Shown: positions 1-12,660, numbered from the stretch's first letter. The stretch is DNA of 64,000 nucleotides from Geosiphon pyriformis uo1 (GCA_016748015.1 JAAOMT010000769.1:4441-68440); one strand, 5' to 3'. Notes: generated by a model from the sequence alone, not told the origin. Program-made: numbers and translations.

Positions 1-2640
1 GTTTTTTTTTTATATAATTGGTTTTGGCAAATCAAATAAAAATTTGATTGTTTTTACAAATGTTCTTTTTGATGTCAATTATATTTTAGTGAGTATTATT
101 TTTTATTCAAAAATTTGATAAATGCTAAGTAGTTTTCTAAGTCCATTGTTGTATTTGGTTTTAATATATATTATTAATAATTAAATTTATTAGTTTTTAC
201 TGATTTGTTTTATTTTACTGAATAACCAATCGAAATAAAATATCTATGTTTTAATTGTTTGTTTTTTTGCAATATTTAATGTTATAATTAAATTCGTTTA
301 AATAAATAATTTAGTAAAAAAGTCTTTTGTGGTTTAGTTTTTTTTATATTTTTTAATTAAATAAAAGCTTAGTAATTGGTATATATATTAAATTTATTTT
401 ATTAAATATTTGTTTCAATAAATTATACAATTGCTAAGCATTTTTTTAGTTGTTATATAGTTTTTTTTTGCTTATTATAAGATTTAATTACCATAAACTA
501 TGACTCATTTTTTTTGTGACAAAATAGCATTAAAAAAACATTAAAGACATTAGTATAAAAATAAATAGTTTGTTAAAATTAAGTTGCTTTAAGATTGGTT
601 TAATAATTAGTTTTTTCTTAAAAATTTCAAATGCTTTTTGCTAAAAGATATTTCAATGATAATTGATATTTTTTTTTAAAAGCTAATTAAATAAATATGC
701 AATTTTAGAAAATTTTTTAATAGATGTTTAGTAATATAAAGTTAATCCAAGAAAAAATTATAGTTCTAAAATGTTTATTAATTGTTTAAGCTTTTGTACT
801 TTTTCGACTTTGGTTAATGTAAAAAAAATTTATCTTTTATTACAAAATAATTTAAAAACTGGATAAATTGTTTTTAAAGAATGATTTAATAGAATTGATT
901 TTGAATTTGGTATTTTTTAAAAGATTAAAAACTTTTTAAAAATGTTTTAAATATTTATTTTAAGTTTTTAAGTATATAATAATATTATCAAGATATACAA
1001 AACAAACTTTTGATGTTTTAATTCAAATATTTTGTTTATTAATCTCTAAAATATAAGTAAAATATTTGTTAATCTAAAAGATATTACTATAAATTCATAA
1101 GTTTTATATTTTATAATAAATACAGTTTTTTTTTGCTGATAAAATTTATTTTTATTTGCCGAAATTTAACAGTTAAATCAATTTTTGTAAAATATGCTAA
1201 GCTATTAAATTGATTAAAAGTATTATTATTAATTTTTAGTAAAAAATACATGTTTTTTTTAGTAATTGTATTTAATTAATAATAATAAACACAAAATTAT
1301 AATTTTTTTTTTCTTAGATATTATTATAACAAAAATATTCATTGATTCTTGGTTTTTTGTATAAATTTTAATTTTTTGATTTAATTTTTTTTTTGATAAA
1401 TTTATTATTTTGTTAATTTAATTAATAATATTTTAAATAAATAGACTGGATATTTTTGGTTTTATTTATATGTTTAATTATTAAGAATTAAATTTTAAAC
1501 ACTTTTTTTTAAATGTTTTTTATACTACTTTGCTTTTTTTATCTAGAATTAAGCTGACCGATTCTTAATCTTTAAATAAGAATAAACATAATTTGTATTT
1601 ATTATTAAGGAGTAAAAAAATAGTTGTATTAGTATTATATACAAAAACTATATTATTAATAAATTTTTTTTTTAAGTTGTTATTTGAATATCCTTTTAAA
1701 TATATTATAATAAATAGATTTTTCTATTAACATATATATTATCTAAAAATTTTTTATTATTATTAAAAATAGTAAAAATTAATTAGGTCTTTTTATCATC
1801 TTTTTTTTCTTTAAAATTATCAAAATTATTAAATTTATTATTATTATTGTAATGTAATTATTGTTGTTAAATTATTACAAAAAAAATAGTTTAATATTAG
1901 TATTTAATTGTAATTAATATGGCTTTACTACAAATTGTAAATTTATAAAATTTATAATCTAAAAAAGTTTTTACTTTTTTTAACTATTTAATTCCAAAAA
2001 TTATGGTATAATACTTTGCTTTTAATACTTTTATATCAATTTCAATATACATATTATTAATTTTACTAGACATAAATACAATATTTAGTTATTGCAAAGT
2101 AAAAAATAAACAAATAATTAACTAAATCTTATTTAATTTTAATATTTTGTATTATTGTGTCCTAAAAGATTTCATTTACAAAAAGTGTATTTTGTACATA
2201 ATTTTGTTTTTTTTTCAATAGCAAACTTATAATGTTTGGTTTCTAAGCATTTTTTATGTAATAATACTAATAGATTTCAATTTGCTCAAACTTATTTTCT
2301 TTATTGACATTATCAACTTAATTGTTCTTCAGAACTTAATCTTGATTTTGAAGTATAAGCACTACTTTTTTATGTTGGTTAATAAATTGTTTTAATCATA
2401 TTATTATCTTATTATAATTGTTATGTTTAATAGCATACTAAACAGTCTGTTATATGAGTTTTTACATTTCATTCTATTTTTGTTTTCTCTGTGTTATAAG
2501 ATATAAAACATTAGTAATGATTTTAAATATAGTTAAAAAATTTGGAATTACTATTTTATTAGAAAAATTTTTTGTAGTTTCTTAATTTACAAAGCAAAAA
2601 GCTTTAATAATTAAATTATTGTTTTTTTTTTATTAGTATA
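1..2640 (-). mobile_element. Degenerate Ty3/Gypsy LTR-retrotransposon pol relic (protease-RT-RNase H), heavily C>T/G>A mutated
   Basis: Minus-strand translation gives eroded RT motifs FTKIDL (~1170-1190) and YLDN (984-995, from YLDD), plus remnants of FLGL..YY..FI.NFSKIA and KAFE.LK..L...PIL. Many stops and frameshifts. Confidence 0.75.
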
Positions 2641-2786
2641 CTATTAAAAAACTTCTTTCTTTCCTTCATCCAAAATTCCCAAAAAAGAGTCAAAAGTTTT
2701 TTTGAAAGAAGTTTTTTACCATTCAGTACGATAAATCAAAACCGTTTTTCGATTACGAGGCCACTGTTGGCTCTGTTATTGCTGTT

Positions 2787-4577
2787 ATAAAAAAGACTGC
2801 TAAAGTTTCTGGTTCTAAAAGTGGTTTTAAAGTGGTTGTATCAAGAAAAAAGAGGAAGGGAGGTGTGTTGGCAGAGGGTGTTGATAACGGAAGGGTTGCT
2901 GTTGAAGTTCCTGGTGTTTGTTCATGGAGTTCGGAGACTGGAGATACTACTGAGTCTGAAAGTGTTGATATGGAAGAGGAGTGTCTGGTGGAGAAAACCA
3001 GCTTTGATTATGGTGAAGGTGGAGCTCTGGCTGGTGGAGATTATGATCAGATGCCCACAAGTTCGAAGGTTAAAACCAAAAAGGCATTGAGCAAGTCATT
3101 GGGGAAAATTGACTTCTCAAAAGATGGTAGTGATGATGGTGTTCTCTCGGATGCTTCTCTTGAGCTCCCTCCTTCTGTGAGAAATTTGGTCAATGTTTCA
3201 GTCAGGAAATCATTCGCATTGAATATTGGCTTGGATAAAGTGGCCGGCAAATCTTCTCAGGAAAAACTTGTGGTGGTAAGGAAGTTGTTTTCTGGAATCA
3301 ATGGTTTTGGGGGGGCATCTACCCCCTCAAAATTCTCAGGGATCATCAGGGCGACATTCACTTCCAAATCAAGTCTAATGAAAGCTACTGATAAAGCTGC
3401 AAATGTGAAGATCTTAGTAAACGCCGATCTCAAAAAAGCATCTGGGCGATCAAATTGGGCTGTGGTCGTAAAAGAAATTCTGGTTGGAACATTGTCTAAG
3501 GCTGTGCGTGCTGCACTATCCAAGTTTGGAGTTATTAGGACGATCAAGATGCAGTTAATCAGGCTGTGGCAGAAGGCGGTGGTGAAATTTGAACAATTGG
3601 ATCAGGCTGATTTGGCTGCAGCTGAGTGGTCCATCTTAATCAGGAAAGATGCTGTGCGTATGGCTAGGGCTGATTCAGACAAGGAAGCATGGGATGTTAG
3701 GGACCGACATAGGGTGCTGCTCTATACGTTGCCGATGGGAACCAATGCTCATGATATCTGGGACTTTATTAGATCTGTGGGTGGGAAAACGTGCATCATT
3801 GATCGTCTTTCTGTTACGTATTGGGCCAGGTGTGCTGTTGTTTGTTTTGACTCTGCTGAATCATTGGATGCTGCAGTGGGAACCACGCCAGTACTCAGGA
3901 ACACTAATCTCCGCTGGTCTTGCCTTATTTCTGCTAAATGCGCCAAGTGTGAGAAATTGGGTCACATGTCATTGGGTTGTGCAGTTGGTGGGAAATTGTC
4001 TTCTAGTAGTTCACTGCGTAGGGTTTTCTCAGATACGGATAAAAGCAGGCTGGCAACCATCTATGCCAAACGCTCGGCTCCGGTTGCCCATCCAGTCTCT
4101 TTTGGTGGTCTCTCTTGGGCAAAGGTTGCTTGCGAGTCTTTTTTGCTCCCCCTCTCTGGTCAGAATGTTGTGGTAACAAATGGCTCCTCTTCAGAGATAA
4201 AGCCGTCCCAACCGGTTACGATGGAAGTCAATGATAGGTTTGCCGCTCTTGAGTGCAGTCTCGCCAGCCTTGCAGAGCAAGTTGGTAAGCTGGTTAAGAG
4301 GTTGGATGCATTCGGGCCAACGGTTTCCCAGTCTAGCCCTGGATGTCAGCCGTTGATAACCTCTTCATTACAGGATCAAGAGGCAGATGTAGTGATGAGT
4401 GAGGGTTTGAATGTGTCCACTAGTGGTGAGAATGTCGCAGGAGCGGTGTCTTTTGATATGTCTTCGGTGTCTAAGCTGGAAAACAGCATAAAGTGTCTAA
4501 TGGAAACAGTTCTGGGCCTTTCGGCCAAAGTGGACAGTTTAGGTGCGCTTTCGGTATCTCTACCTCTTACTCAATGA
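2787..4577 (+). CDS. LINE ORF1 (gag-like nucleic-acid chaperone, CCHC knuckle); start codon mutated ATG>ATA
   Basis: Open frame 2832-4577 with CAKCEKLGHMSLGC and a coiled-coil-like C-terminus. The in-frame ATA at 2787 aligns with the ATG at 35652 in LINE B. Confidence 0.8.
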   Translation: MKKTAKVSGSKSGFKVVVSRKKRKGGVLAEGVDNGRVAVEVPGVCSWSSETGDTTESESVDMEEECLVEKTSFDYGEGGALAGGDYDQMPTSSKVKTKKALSKSLGKIDFSKDGSDDGVLSDASLELPPSVRNLVNVSVRKSFALNIGLDKVAGKSSQEKLVVVRKLFSGINGFGGASTPSKFSGIIRATFTSKSSLMKATDKAANVKILVNADLKKASGRSNWAVVVKEILVGTLSKAVRAALSKFGVIRTIKMQLIRLWQKAVVKFEQLDQADLAAAEWSILIRKDAVRMARADSDKEAWDVRDRHRVLLYTLPMGTNAHDIWDFIRSVGGKTCIIDRLSVTYWARCAVVCFDSAESLDAAVGTTPVLRNTNLRWSCLISAKCAKCEKLGHMSLGCAVGGKLSSSSSLRRVFSDTDKSRLATIYAKRSAPVAHPVSFGGLSWAKVACESFLLPLSGQNVVVTNGSSSEIKPSQPVTMEVNDRFAALECSLASLAEQVGKLVKRLDAFGPTVSQSSPGCQPLITSSLQDQEADVVMSEGLNVSTSGENVAGAVSFDMSSVSKLENSIKCLMETVLGLSAKVDSLGALSVSLPLTQ

Positions 4578-7500
4578 GCAGTTTAGTCTGGAAAGTTGCT
4601 ACGTGCAATGTCAGGGGCATGAACAATCCCGCTAAGCAAGAAGACATTATTAGGTGGCATAAGGAAATGAACAATTTAGTCTCTATCATTACTGAAACAA
4701 AATTAAAGAGTAGGGTTCGTCCGTGGATTGCAGACAAGTTTGATGGTGTCCGAGTGTTCACTTCTGGTTTGGACTCTGGTCACTTGGGTGCGGGTGTTGC
4801 TGTTATCATGAACGATTCTTTGGCTCATCATGTGTGCAAGGTTTCTGAGGTGCTTGGTTGGCTCCTTTCCATTAAATTACTTTTTAAGAGTAAACTTTCT
4901 GTGTTGATTTTGGGGCTTTATGCTGATGCTTCTTCAGTGGTTTGGTTTTTTCAAGCTGGTGAAATCAATTCTCTCATTGCAAAGACTGTCAACAAATCTT
5001 CTTTCATTATTCTCGGTGGCAATTTTAATGAAGACGGCTCTCATAAATGTGCAAGTTTCAAAAAATGCTTTGATTTGGGTCTGGTCAATTCTTTAGTTGG
5101 CAGCCCGGCTGCAAAAATGCCCACTTGGGAAAATTCTAGGGGTGTTAAGAAAACAATTGATTACGTGTTTGTCTCCTCAAGTCTTGTCAATGCAATAGTG
5201 CATCGTGAGGTTTTGAATGTCAGTGAGCATTTTGACACAGACCATCAAGCTGTTTCAGTGGATTTGGGTCTGGGTGGGCTCTTGGATATGCGTTTGAATT
5301 CTCTTCGCAAGCAAGCGAATAAAGATCATTGGAAGTTTGACATCAAAAGTGCCAATGAAGCTAAGTGGTTGGAGTTCAGGGATGCCTCAGCTGCTAATGT
5401 CTCTATGTTCTCGGATGCTTTCGGTGTGGCAGTAAAATTTTCAGATGTGGACGCTATGTGGGACATTGTTCACAAGATTATGGTTCTTTCAGCAGGTGGT
5501 ACATTTAAGAAAAAATGGTTCAAAGATTTTGATGGCATGTTCACCAAGAATTCTTCTAGGATTCACAAGCTGGAGCTGCTGGTTTCTAAGTTGGTCAAGG
5601 CTTCACGTTTGGCTTCTAGTAATGGTTTTGCCTCTTTGTTGGAGGTGTGGCACAGACTCGACTCCCCTGGTGCATCAGTGGTTAAGTCTCTGTTTCTTTC
5701 AGGTTCTAATTTTGATCTTATTCGTTTTGCACTGGCCAAAGCTAGAAAATCATACTGCTCCTTCAAGTTAGTGAAATCCAAGCGTGCTGAGGAATCCTCA
5801 ATCAAGCAAGCTATTGGTAAGAGAATGGAGAGTTTTGAGCTGAACAAGGGTCACACCATTAGGAGTGTTTTGGAGTGTCCTCTTCGCAAAGTGGTCCTGG
5901 ATCATTTGGTTGTAGAAGATGAGTTGATTTTAGAGCCTGATTTGGTTAAGTCTAAGGTGGACGAAATTATGGAGAGATGGACCAGAAAACGTGAAGTGGT
6001 GTCTGACTTATCTGAGGATTGAACCCATCAATATCAGCCTCTGGATTACGTATTCGATGGTGCTTTCTCTGATGTCATGTGTTTGATTAGTTTTGATGAG
6101 TTGTTAGCTGTTGTTAAGAATCTTCTTGATGGAAAAGCGGCTGGTCTTTCTGGTATCTCCAATGAATTATGGAAACATTGTGACAAATCTGTTTTGGATA
6201 TGCTTTTGGTGCTCTTGAATTTCTGTTTGGTTGGCGAGTCGGTCCCTGGGCCTTGGAGAGAAGCTTGGGTTTTGATGATTCCTAAACCATATAAATGGGA
6301 GGGAGTTCTCACGAACACCCATCCTATAGCTTTAATTAAAACGGCCTGCAAGATTCTCTCCAAGATCCTTTCGGATAGGATCTTTCTGGCTTGCAGCACT
6401 TTTGATGTTCTTTGTGGGGACAATTTTTTGGTTTTGAAGGGTATGATGACTCAATTTTCCATTTTTGCTATCAGTTCTGTGGTTGAGGATGCCTTGGAAA
6501 AGAACCGTAAACTTTGGCTGGTTTTACAGGACATGTGCAAGGCTTATAACTCAGTTGGTTGGGAACATCTTAGGAGGAGTCTAGTCAGGATCAAAATGTG
6601 TGACAGGTTTATTAAATTTTTTGGCAGTATTCACAATGGTCGCGTCAACAAAGTGATGACCGACTTTGGCTTAACTGATGGGTATTGTGTCCACGATAGG
6701 CTGGATCAAGGGGAAGTTTTCTCGCCTCTTCTCTGGCGTATTTTTTATGATTCACTTTTGTGTAAGGTCAAGAGACAGGATAGTGTGTATGGCTACAGAT
6801 TGAATTCTCATTTCATATTAAGGACTGGCCAGGTGGATCCTCGAGCTGGGCTGTCTTCATTTCTTGCTGCCGGTGCTTTTGTTGATGATACTATCTGGAT
6901 TGGTAGCAGCCAGGCTGCTACACAATGCATCCTTGATGTTGCTAGCGAGTTTTTTAGGTTTAATGATATTTCTATAAACAATGACAAAACGGTGGCCATC
7001 CCCATCAATTGCCGGGTGCTGGATCCTTATTTGACTATTAGTGGTGCACTTATTTCCATTGCCAAGAGAGGGGAATCTCATCGCTATTTGGGTATTTTTT
7101 TGTCTTCTGAGGGTCTTTCGAAGCCCAGCTTGGCTAAGGCCCAGGCTGATGTATGGTTCTTTGCAAATCTTGTTTTAAGAAAGGCAATTTCGGACAAACA
7201 GTATGCATATTTGGTGTCTGCAGTTCTTTTCCCTATCATCAGCTACAGGACTCAGTTCAGTTTTGTTTCTGTTGGTGTTTGTAGTAAATGGGATGCTCTG
7301 GTTCGCAAGGTCTTAAAGTCCAAGTCTGGGTTGCCATGTGATTTTCCCAGTGATGTATTTCATCACCTCTCTTTGTACAATTTAAAAACTTTCGAAAAGA
7401 TACAGGCTGAGAGTAAATCGGCCTCCGTTGTTGCTTTCGCGAATTCTACTGGTGTCTTGGGTTGCTTGTTTTCTCATAGATCTCATGACCTCCAGGTTTT

Positions 7501-9262
7501 CAGCTGGCGTCTTTGTCATCCTTTGCTGTTTCCGGTTCATGTTGGTATCAGTCCCTTGGATAATTTTTTGGTGGGTGTGGTTTGCATTTTTTCTGGGTGT
7601 GATTTGTCTTTGGAAGGCCCTCTGGATTGTGTTTTTCGTCGTCGGTGTGGTACTCCTATGTCTTTGGTTCTTGGTGAATCCTGTTTTTTCAAGTGCATCT
7701 CTTTGCTCAGGCATTATGGAATTGCTTTCGTGGAACAGCTTCATAACCATAATGGTGATGTTTTCAGTTGAGGTACCTTCAAACACTGGAAGAGACTAGA
7801 CCCTCATGGCCCAGTCTCTTTCTGGTTTGATTTTTCTGTTTGCTTTCTTGGTGGTGTTGTTCTTCTTTCCTCAAGTTCTTCTTTGGTAGATGGTCAAGCT
7901 GTGTCTGATATTCGTCTTTCTCATAATTTTGGTGTGATTCGTGACACTTTGCCAACCATTGATGCTGCCCGCCTTTCTGTGTATACGGATGGGTCTCTTT
8001 CTGGTCTGGGCACTGCTGACATGAGAGCAGATGCTGCCACTTTTTTTGAGGATGTTAACTTGGGTTTGGGTGTTGGGGTGTCTGGTTTGGTTTCTTCTAC
8101 TCTGATGAAACTGCAGGCCATAGCTTTGGTCCTTGAATGTGTTCCTTTTTCTCGTTTGATTGACTTGTTCTCGGATAGCCAGACTGCTTTAGATGCATGT
8201 AGGTCGGAGTCTTTGCTAGTTTGTCTGGATTTCAGAAACTGCTGTTGGATCAAGCGTTATCATATTGCCACTGTCATTCGTCAAAAGAATTTGGATGTGA
8301 ATTGGGTTAAGGTGAAAGGTCATTCAGGTGTCTCAGGCAACGAGCATGCTGATGCGCTTGCCAAGGGTGCTGCTCGCTCTGCTTGGCACCTACTTCATTT
8401 AGTCAGTGAACGTTTTCTATGTGCTGGTGGCACAGCAGTTTCTGGTAATTCTAGACACTTTGTTCGTGATGTTTTCCAGTCGTTTCACCAAGCTCGTTGG
8501 GAGATTGGAGAGGGTTCTTGTGTTATGGATGATAGTTTGCGTGCTGATATCAATTGGTCTATGTCTTCTATGGTGTGGCACCCCGATTCTCACTTGGCAT
8601 CCAGTTTTACCAGTATGCGCATGGCGGGATGTCGTACTTACTTTATGAAGGCTCTTCATCATCGGCTTCTTGTTGCTGTGCGCAAGCATTTATATGACAG
8701 GAGTTACCCCAGTGTGGTCTGTCTGTTTTGTGGTGATGTTGAGACCTCAGATCATGTCTTTTTGTGTCCTCAGGATGCCGTTGGCCATGCTCGTTTGTTG
8801 GGCGCACATGCTTCAACTTGGGAGGCTCTTTCTGGCCTTTCTCACTCTTCTTCATGTGTCTTACAGGCCTTAGTTTCTTGTGTTTCTGAGATTGGAGTTA
8901 GTGTTGCTCTGTGTAAGGGTTTTGTTTTTGATAAATGGTTTTGTGAGTCTATTTCAGTCTTTAAAGATTCTAGGGAGGGTGCTAAGAGGATTGTAAGCTT
9001 TGTGTGTAAGTTTTGTTTAGCATTTTGGAATGATGTTTGGTTGGTCCGGGCCAGACACCGAGCATTTATGGAGAAGCATAGTTTGATTCCAAGTGATGGC
9101 TCCATTCCTGCTTCGGTTTCTGGTTTGCCTAAGGTGCTTTTGGCTGGTGTGGTCAGATTGCTGGAGGTGGCTGAGGCATTTGGTGTTGGTTTTGGGTTTC
9201 GTAAATTTTGTCCATTTTTTTCAGGTATTGGAGATTCAGTTTCTGTGCATATAAGTGTATAG
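4574..9262 (+). pseudogene. LINE ORF2: AP-endonuclease, reverse transcriptase, RNase H, C-terminal Cys/His knuckle; two in-frame TGA stops
   Basis: Motifs TCNVRG, ETK, GNFN(GDFN), IDY, TDH (APE); FVDD (RT); YTDGS...KVKGHSGVSGNEHADALAK (RNase H); CLFCGDVETSDHVFLC. ORF pieces 4493/6077/7883 share one frame and are broken only by TGA at 6020 and 7769. Confidence 0.92.
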
Positions 9263-11700
9263 TGTAATCCTGACTGGCTCGAGTGACTGGTGACGTGTAG
9301 AAAGCGCATGATTCGCACCTAGTTTAGATCATTTGTATGATGTATAGCACTAGGTCGCATTTGGATCTCACTCGTTAAAATATAAAAAAAAAAAAATACT
9401 ATTACAAAAGTATTATTTGAATATTAAATTCCACAATTTTTGAATATAATATTACTTAAAAATAATAGCAATAAACAATACTATAAGATATATTAAATAA
9501 ACATAAATAAAAATAAGAAACAGAATTAATAATTATAATAAAATATGAATATTTGCTGTTTTTTGATCATAGATTTGTGACTTTCTATATTTTTTTAATG
9601 TATTTTTATTGACTTTAGCAACTATTAATTTTAATAAAATTTGTTTTATATTATATACATCCTTAATAAACTCACTTATTATATTAAGACCAAAATTCTA
9701 AATATTAAAATGTTGTTAGATAAATAACTTAAAAAAGTACATTAGGAAATAAATTTTTTTATTTTATTATAAATATTAATATTCAATGATAATTAACTTA
9801 CAATAAAGTATAGGCATTATATCATTTCTAAATATTCTATAAATAAGATATAAAACATAAGATATTAAGTTATTTATTTGTTAATCTCAAAAAAAATGTT
9901 TATGGTCAATTAATATAATTTTTATACAAGATAAGAATGTATGATATTCAAAAAAATAATTTTATTTTATCTTATTTTTAAGTTTTACATCTAATATATC
10001 AGCAAAATTACAAACTGCTATTTGCTAAAAGGATGTATTTAATAATATTATTAAGACTTTTAATACAAAAAGTAATTTGAATTTCTGCAATAAATATTTT
10101 TGATGTAAATACATAGACTATTGCTTATTAATTAGAATAAAGAGCTCTCATTAAGTAATTTTTAATATTAACATATATTTTAGTAAGCTGTAACTATTGT
10201 TTATAAAAAGATTTTTTACATAAACTATTGTAACATAAAAAAAAATTATAAACAAAACTTTTATATTAATTATAAAGCTTTAACTTGAGATTTCATAATA
10301 AGTTTTCATTAATGTAAAAAATACAATAAATTTGATAAGTTGTTTTGTATACTTAAGCAACTACTATATCTGCTGTAAAATTAATATCAGTAATAAACAT
10401 TAATAATTTTGTTATTGTTGCTTTTTTTGTGTATTCTAGAATCTATTTATACAATTTAGCAGTTTTATTTAATATAAGGACTTGTGCAATAAAATGGAAT
10501 TTAGTGTTATTGTCTACAATAAAAAAGAGAAAAAATAATATTTGATAGTGATTAATTTTTGCTGTATTGTTATTTAGAACAATATTATAGTACTTTAACC
10601 AAAAAACAACTTGTGCAGAAGACTTCTAAAATATACAGATAAGTCAATTTTTATCAATTTTAAATTTTACAACTTATTTGGAATCATTTAATTTGCAATT
10701 TATAAGAGTTGTCAACAAGCAGAATGTATTGTGCTTTTTATTGCTATAAACTTTAAATCTTTATATTGTATTCATAAAGTCACAATTAAGAATAAATATT
10801 GTTAAAAATTTTACTTTTAATAATTTTCTTTGAATAATAATTGATAAATTTGCACATTTTGTATAAAATTAGATCTTTTAAAGAATGTTATCTGAAATTT
10901 TTTAATACATCAAAACATATTTTCTAGTGTTAGAATATAATAAATAATTGTGTGTATTATTAAGAGTAGTATGAGTTATTTTGTGTAAATTTTTAGTGCA
11001 GTTAACATTAGTATATTAACTATATTCTTAATGTTTTGATTTGGTGTTCTGATAATTTTAAACATTGATCTTTTTTTTTGGTTTATATTGGTCACCAAAT
11101 TCATATCCAAAAATACAATATTTAATATTGCTATCTGGATGTTATTTTAATTTCTTTTAAATAACTCTAAATCTTTGTTGTTTACTATAGATTTTTATAA
11201 TTATATTGATGTTTTTTTATGTTTCAAAAACATAATTGGTGCAAAATTTTATAGCTAAATAAATATAAGAAAATCAAACACTAAATATGATTAAAATTAT
11301 AACTAAAAATTTTATCTCTATTTATAAATACTTGGTTATTTAATTGGTATAAATTTTTATTGATGTAATTATGAAATTGATTGGCCAGCTTTACATTAAA
11401 AATAAATTTTAAATTAGAATAGAAATAACTTTAATCTTTTAATACATGATTTTTTATTAGACATATATATATATCTTTCTTTAAAAGCAAACTGGTTATT
11501 TCTTTTTGTTCTGTATTTATATTAAAATATTAATCTTAATACAATATATAATATATAGAGTATTATATTTAAAATTGCTATTATACTATTAATCACAGTA
11601 CTAATTAGTATATTTAAGTGAATATTATCTAGAATAATTTGAAGAGTCAGATTTTGTATAATTTATTGCCTTTAATACTTTAGAATCTATAGTTTATACT

Positions 11701-12660
11701 TGATATTACTAGATATTTTTGGTCTCTTTTTTTAAATATTGTTAATGTTTGTTTACTGTGAATTTATGTTTTCTAAAAGCTAGTAAACTTCTAATAACTG
11801 AATTTATCTTTAAATTATTTCCTATAATTTAAACTGCTAAGCTTATAAGTAAAATGATCAATTTTGTATCAGTTACTTTATATAGTTATATTGTAGTAAA
11901 TATCAACTTTTTTCCAGAAATTGCTTGTTTGAAAGCTCATTAAAATATGTAGTTATTTTGCTGTAAAAATCAACTCTTTTACAGAAATCTTGTCTATAGA
12001 CTACTTTAATAATTTTAATAAAAAAATATAAAAATATAAAAAAAATAGAATTTTGTTAAGAGAATCGTTTTTTGGTCCAGACTTAAAGTTACTAACAAAT
12101 TACTAAAATTAATAACTAATTAATTTTAAAACATTAGTTAAATTTCAGAAAAATTTTAATATATAAATAGTTAAAAAATTTGATTTTTAAGTATTTAATA
12201 TTTATATTATTTTTTGTAAAGCTAATTAATGTAAATTATAAGTAAAATATAATGAAAAATATATTTTCTTAAAGAAAAAAGCTTTTTTTTATACAATTTG
12301 TTGTAATATTAGTTTATAAACTTGAACTTTCTTTTTTTTCTATGATTTCAATGAACTAAAGATATATTTTGACAAACTAAAAATATATTTCAATGAATTA
12401 CAAGTTATTTTGATGAACTATTAACTATTTTGGTAAATTATCTATTATTTTTACAAATTTTTACAAATTTTAGTGAATTCTTAAATATTATATAGTTTAG
12501 AGTATTGTATAATTTGATCATCCTAATTTCTTTTGTATAAATTGGATTATTAATTAAATAATAAGTAATAATTTGAAATAATATTAATATATGCTAATTA
12601 ATGATAGAAATTATAAGAGTAATTTTATGCTAGTTAATAGCTAAAATTCTATTGATAACA
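11701..12660. repeat. ~960-bp LTR-like segment (TG...CA) present only in the left arm; related to ~14090-14750
   Basis: Begins tgatattac and ends ttgataaca; absent at the matching site ~47345. Internal blocks align directly with 14090-14750. No clean TSD. Confidence 0.4.
12346..12450. repeat. Degenerate ~21-bp minisatellite (tttcaatgaactaaagatata-like)
   Basis: About 5 imperfect tandem units visible. Confidence 0.55.

Larger units (their letters stand above)
2647..9395 (+). mobile_element. Full-length non-LTR retrotransposon (LINE A; ORF1 + APE-RT-RNaseH ORF2), poly(A) tail, 9-bp TSD
   Basis: TSD atactatta at 2638-2646 and 9396-9404; poly(A) ~9384-9395; the empty site is present in the other arm at ~49640-49655 (reverse complement ttagtatactattacaaaag). 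Confidence 0.95.

Noticed and set aside
6020-7771. TGA read as Trp (alternative genetic code) in LINE ORF2
   Set aside because: Other W codons decay to TAG as well in LINE B, ORF1 terminates at TGA, and the pattern fits G>A mutation.
3047-9318. Many antisense and alternate-frame ORFs inside the LINEs (also 35618-41866)
   Set aside because: Shadow ORFs of GC-richer retrotransposon coding sequence with no independent motifs.
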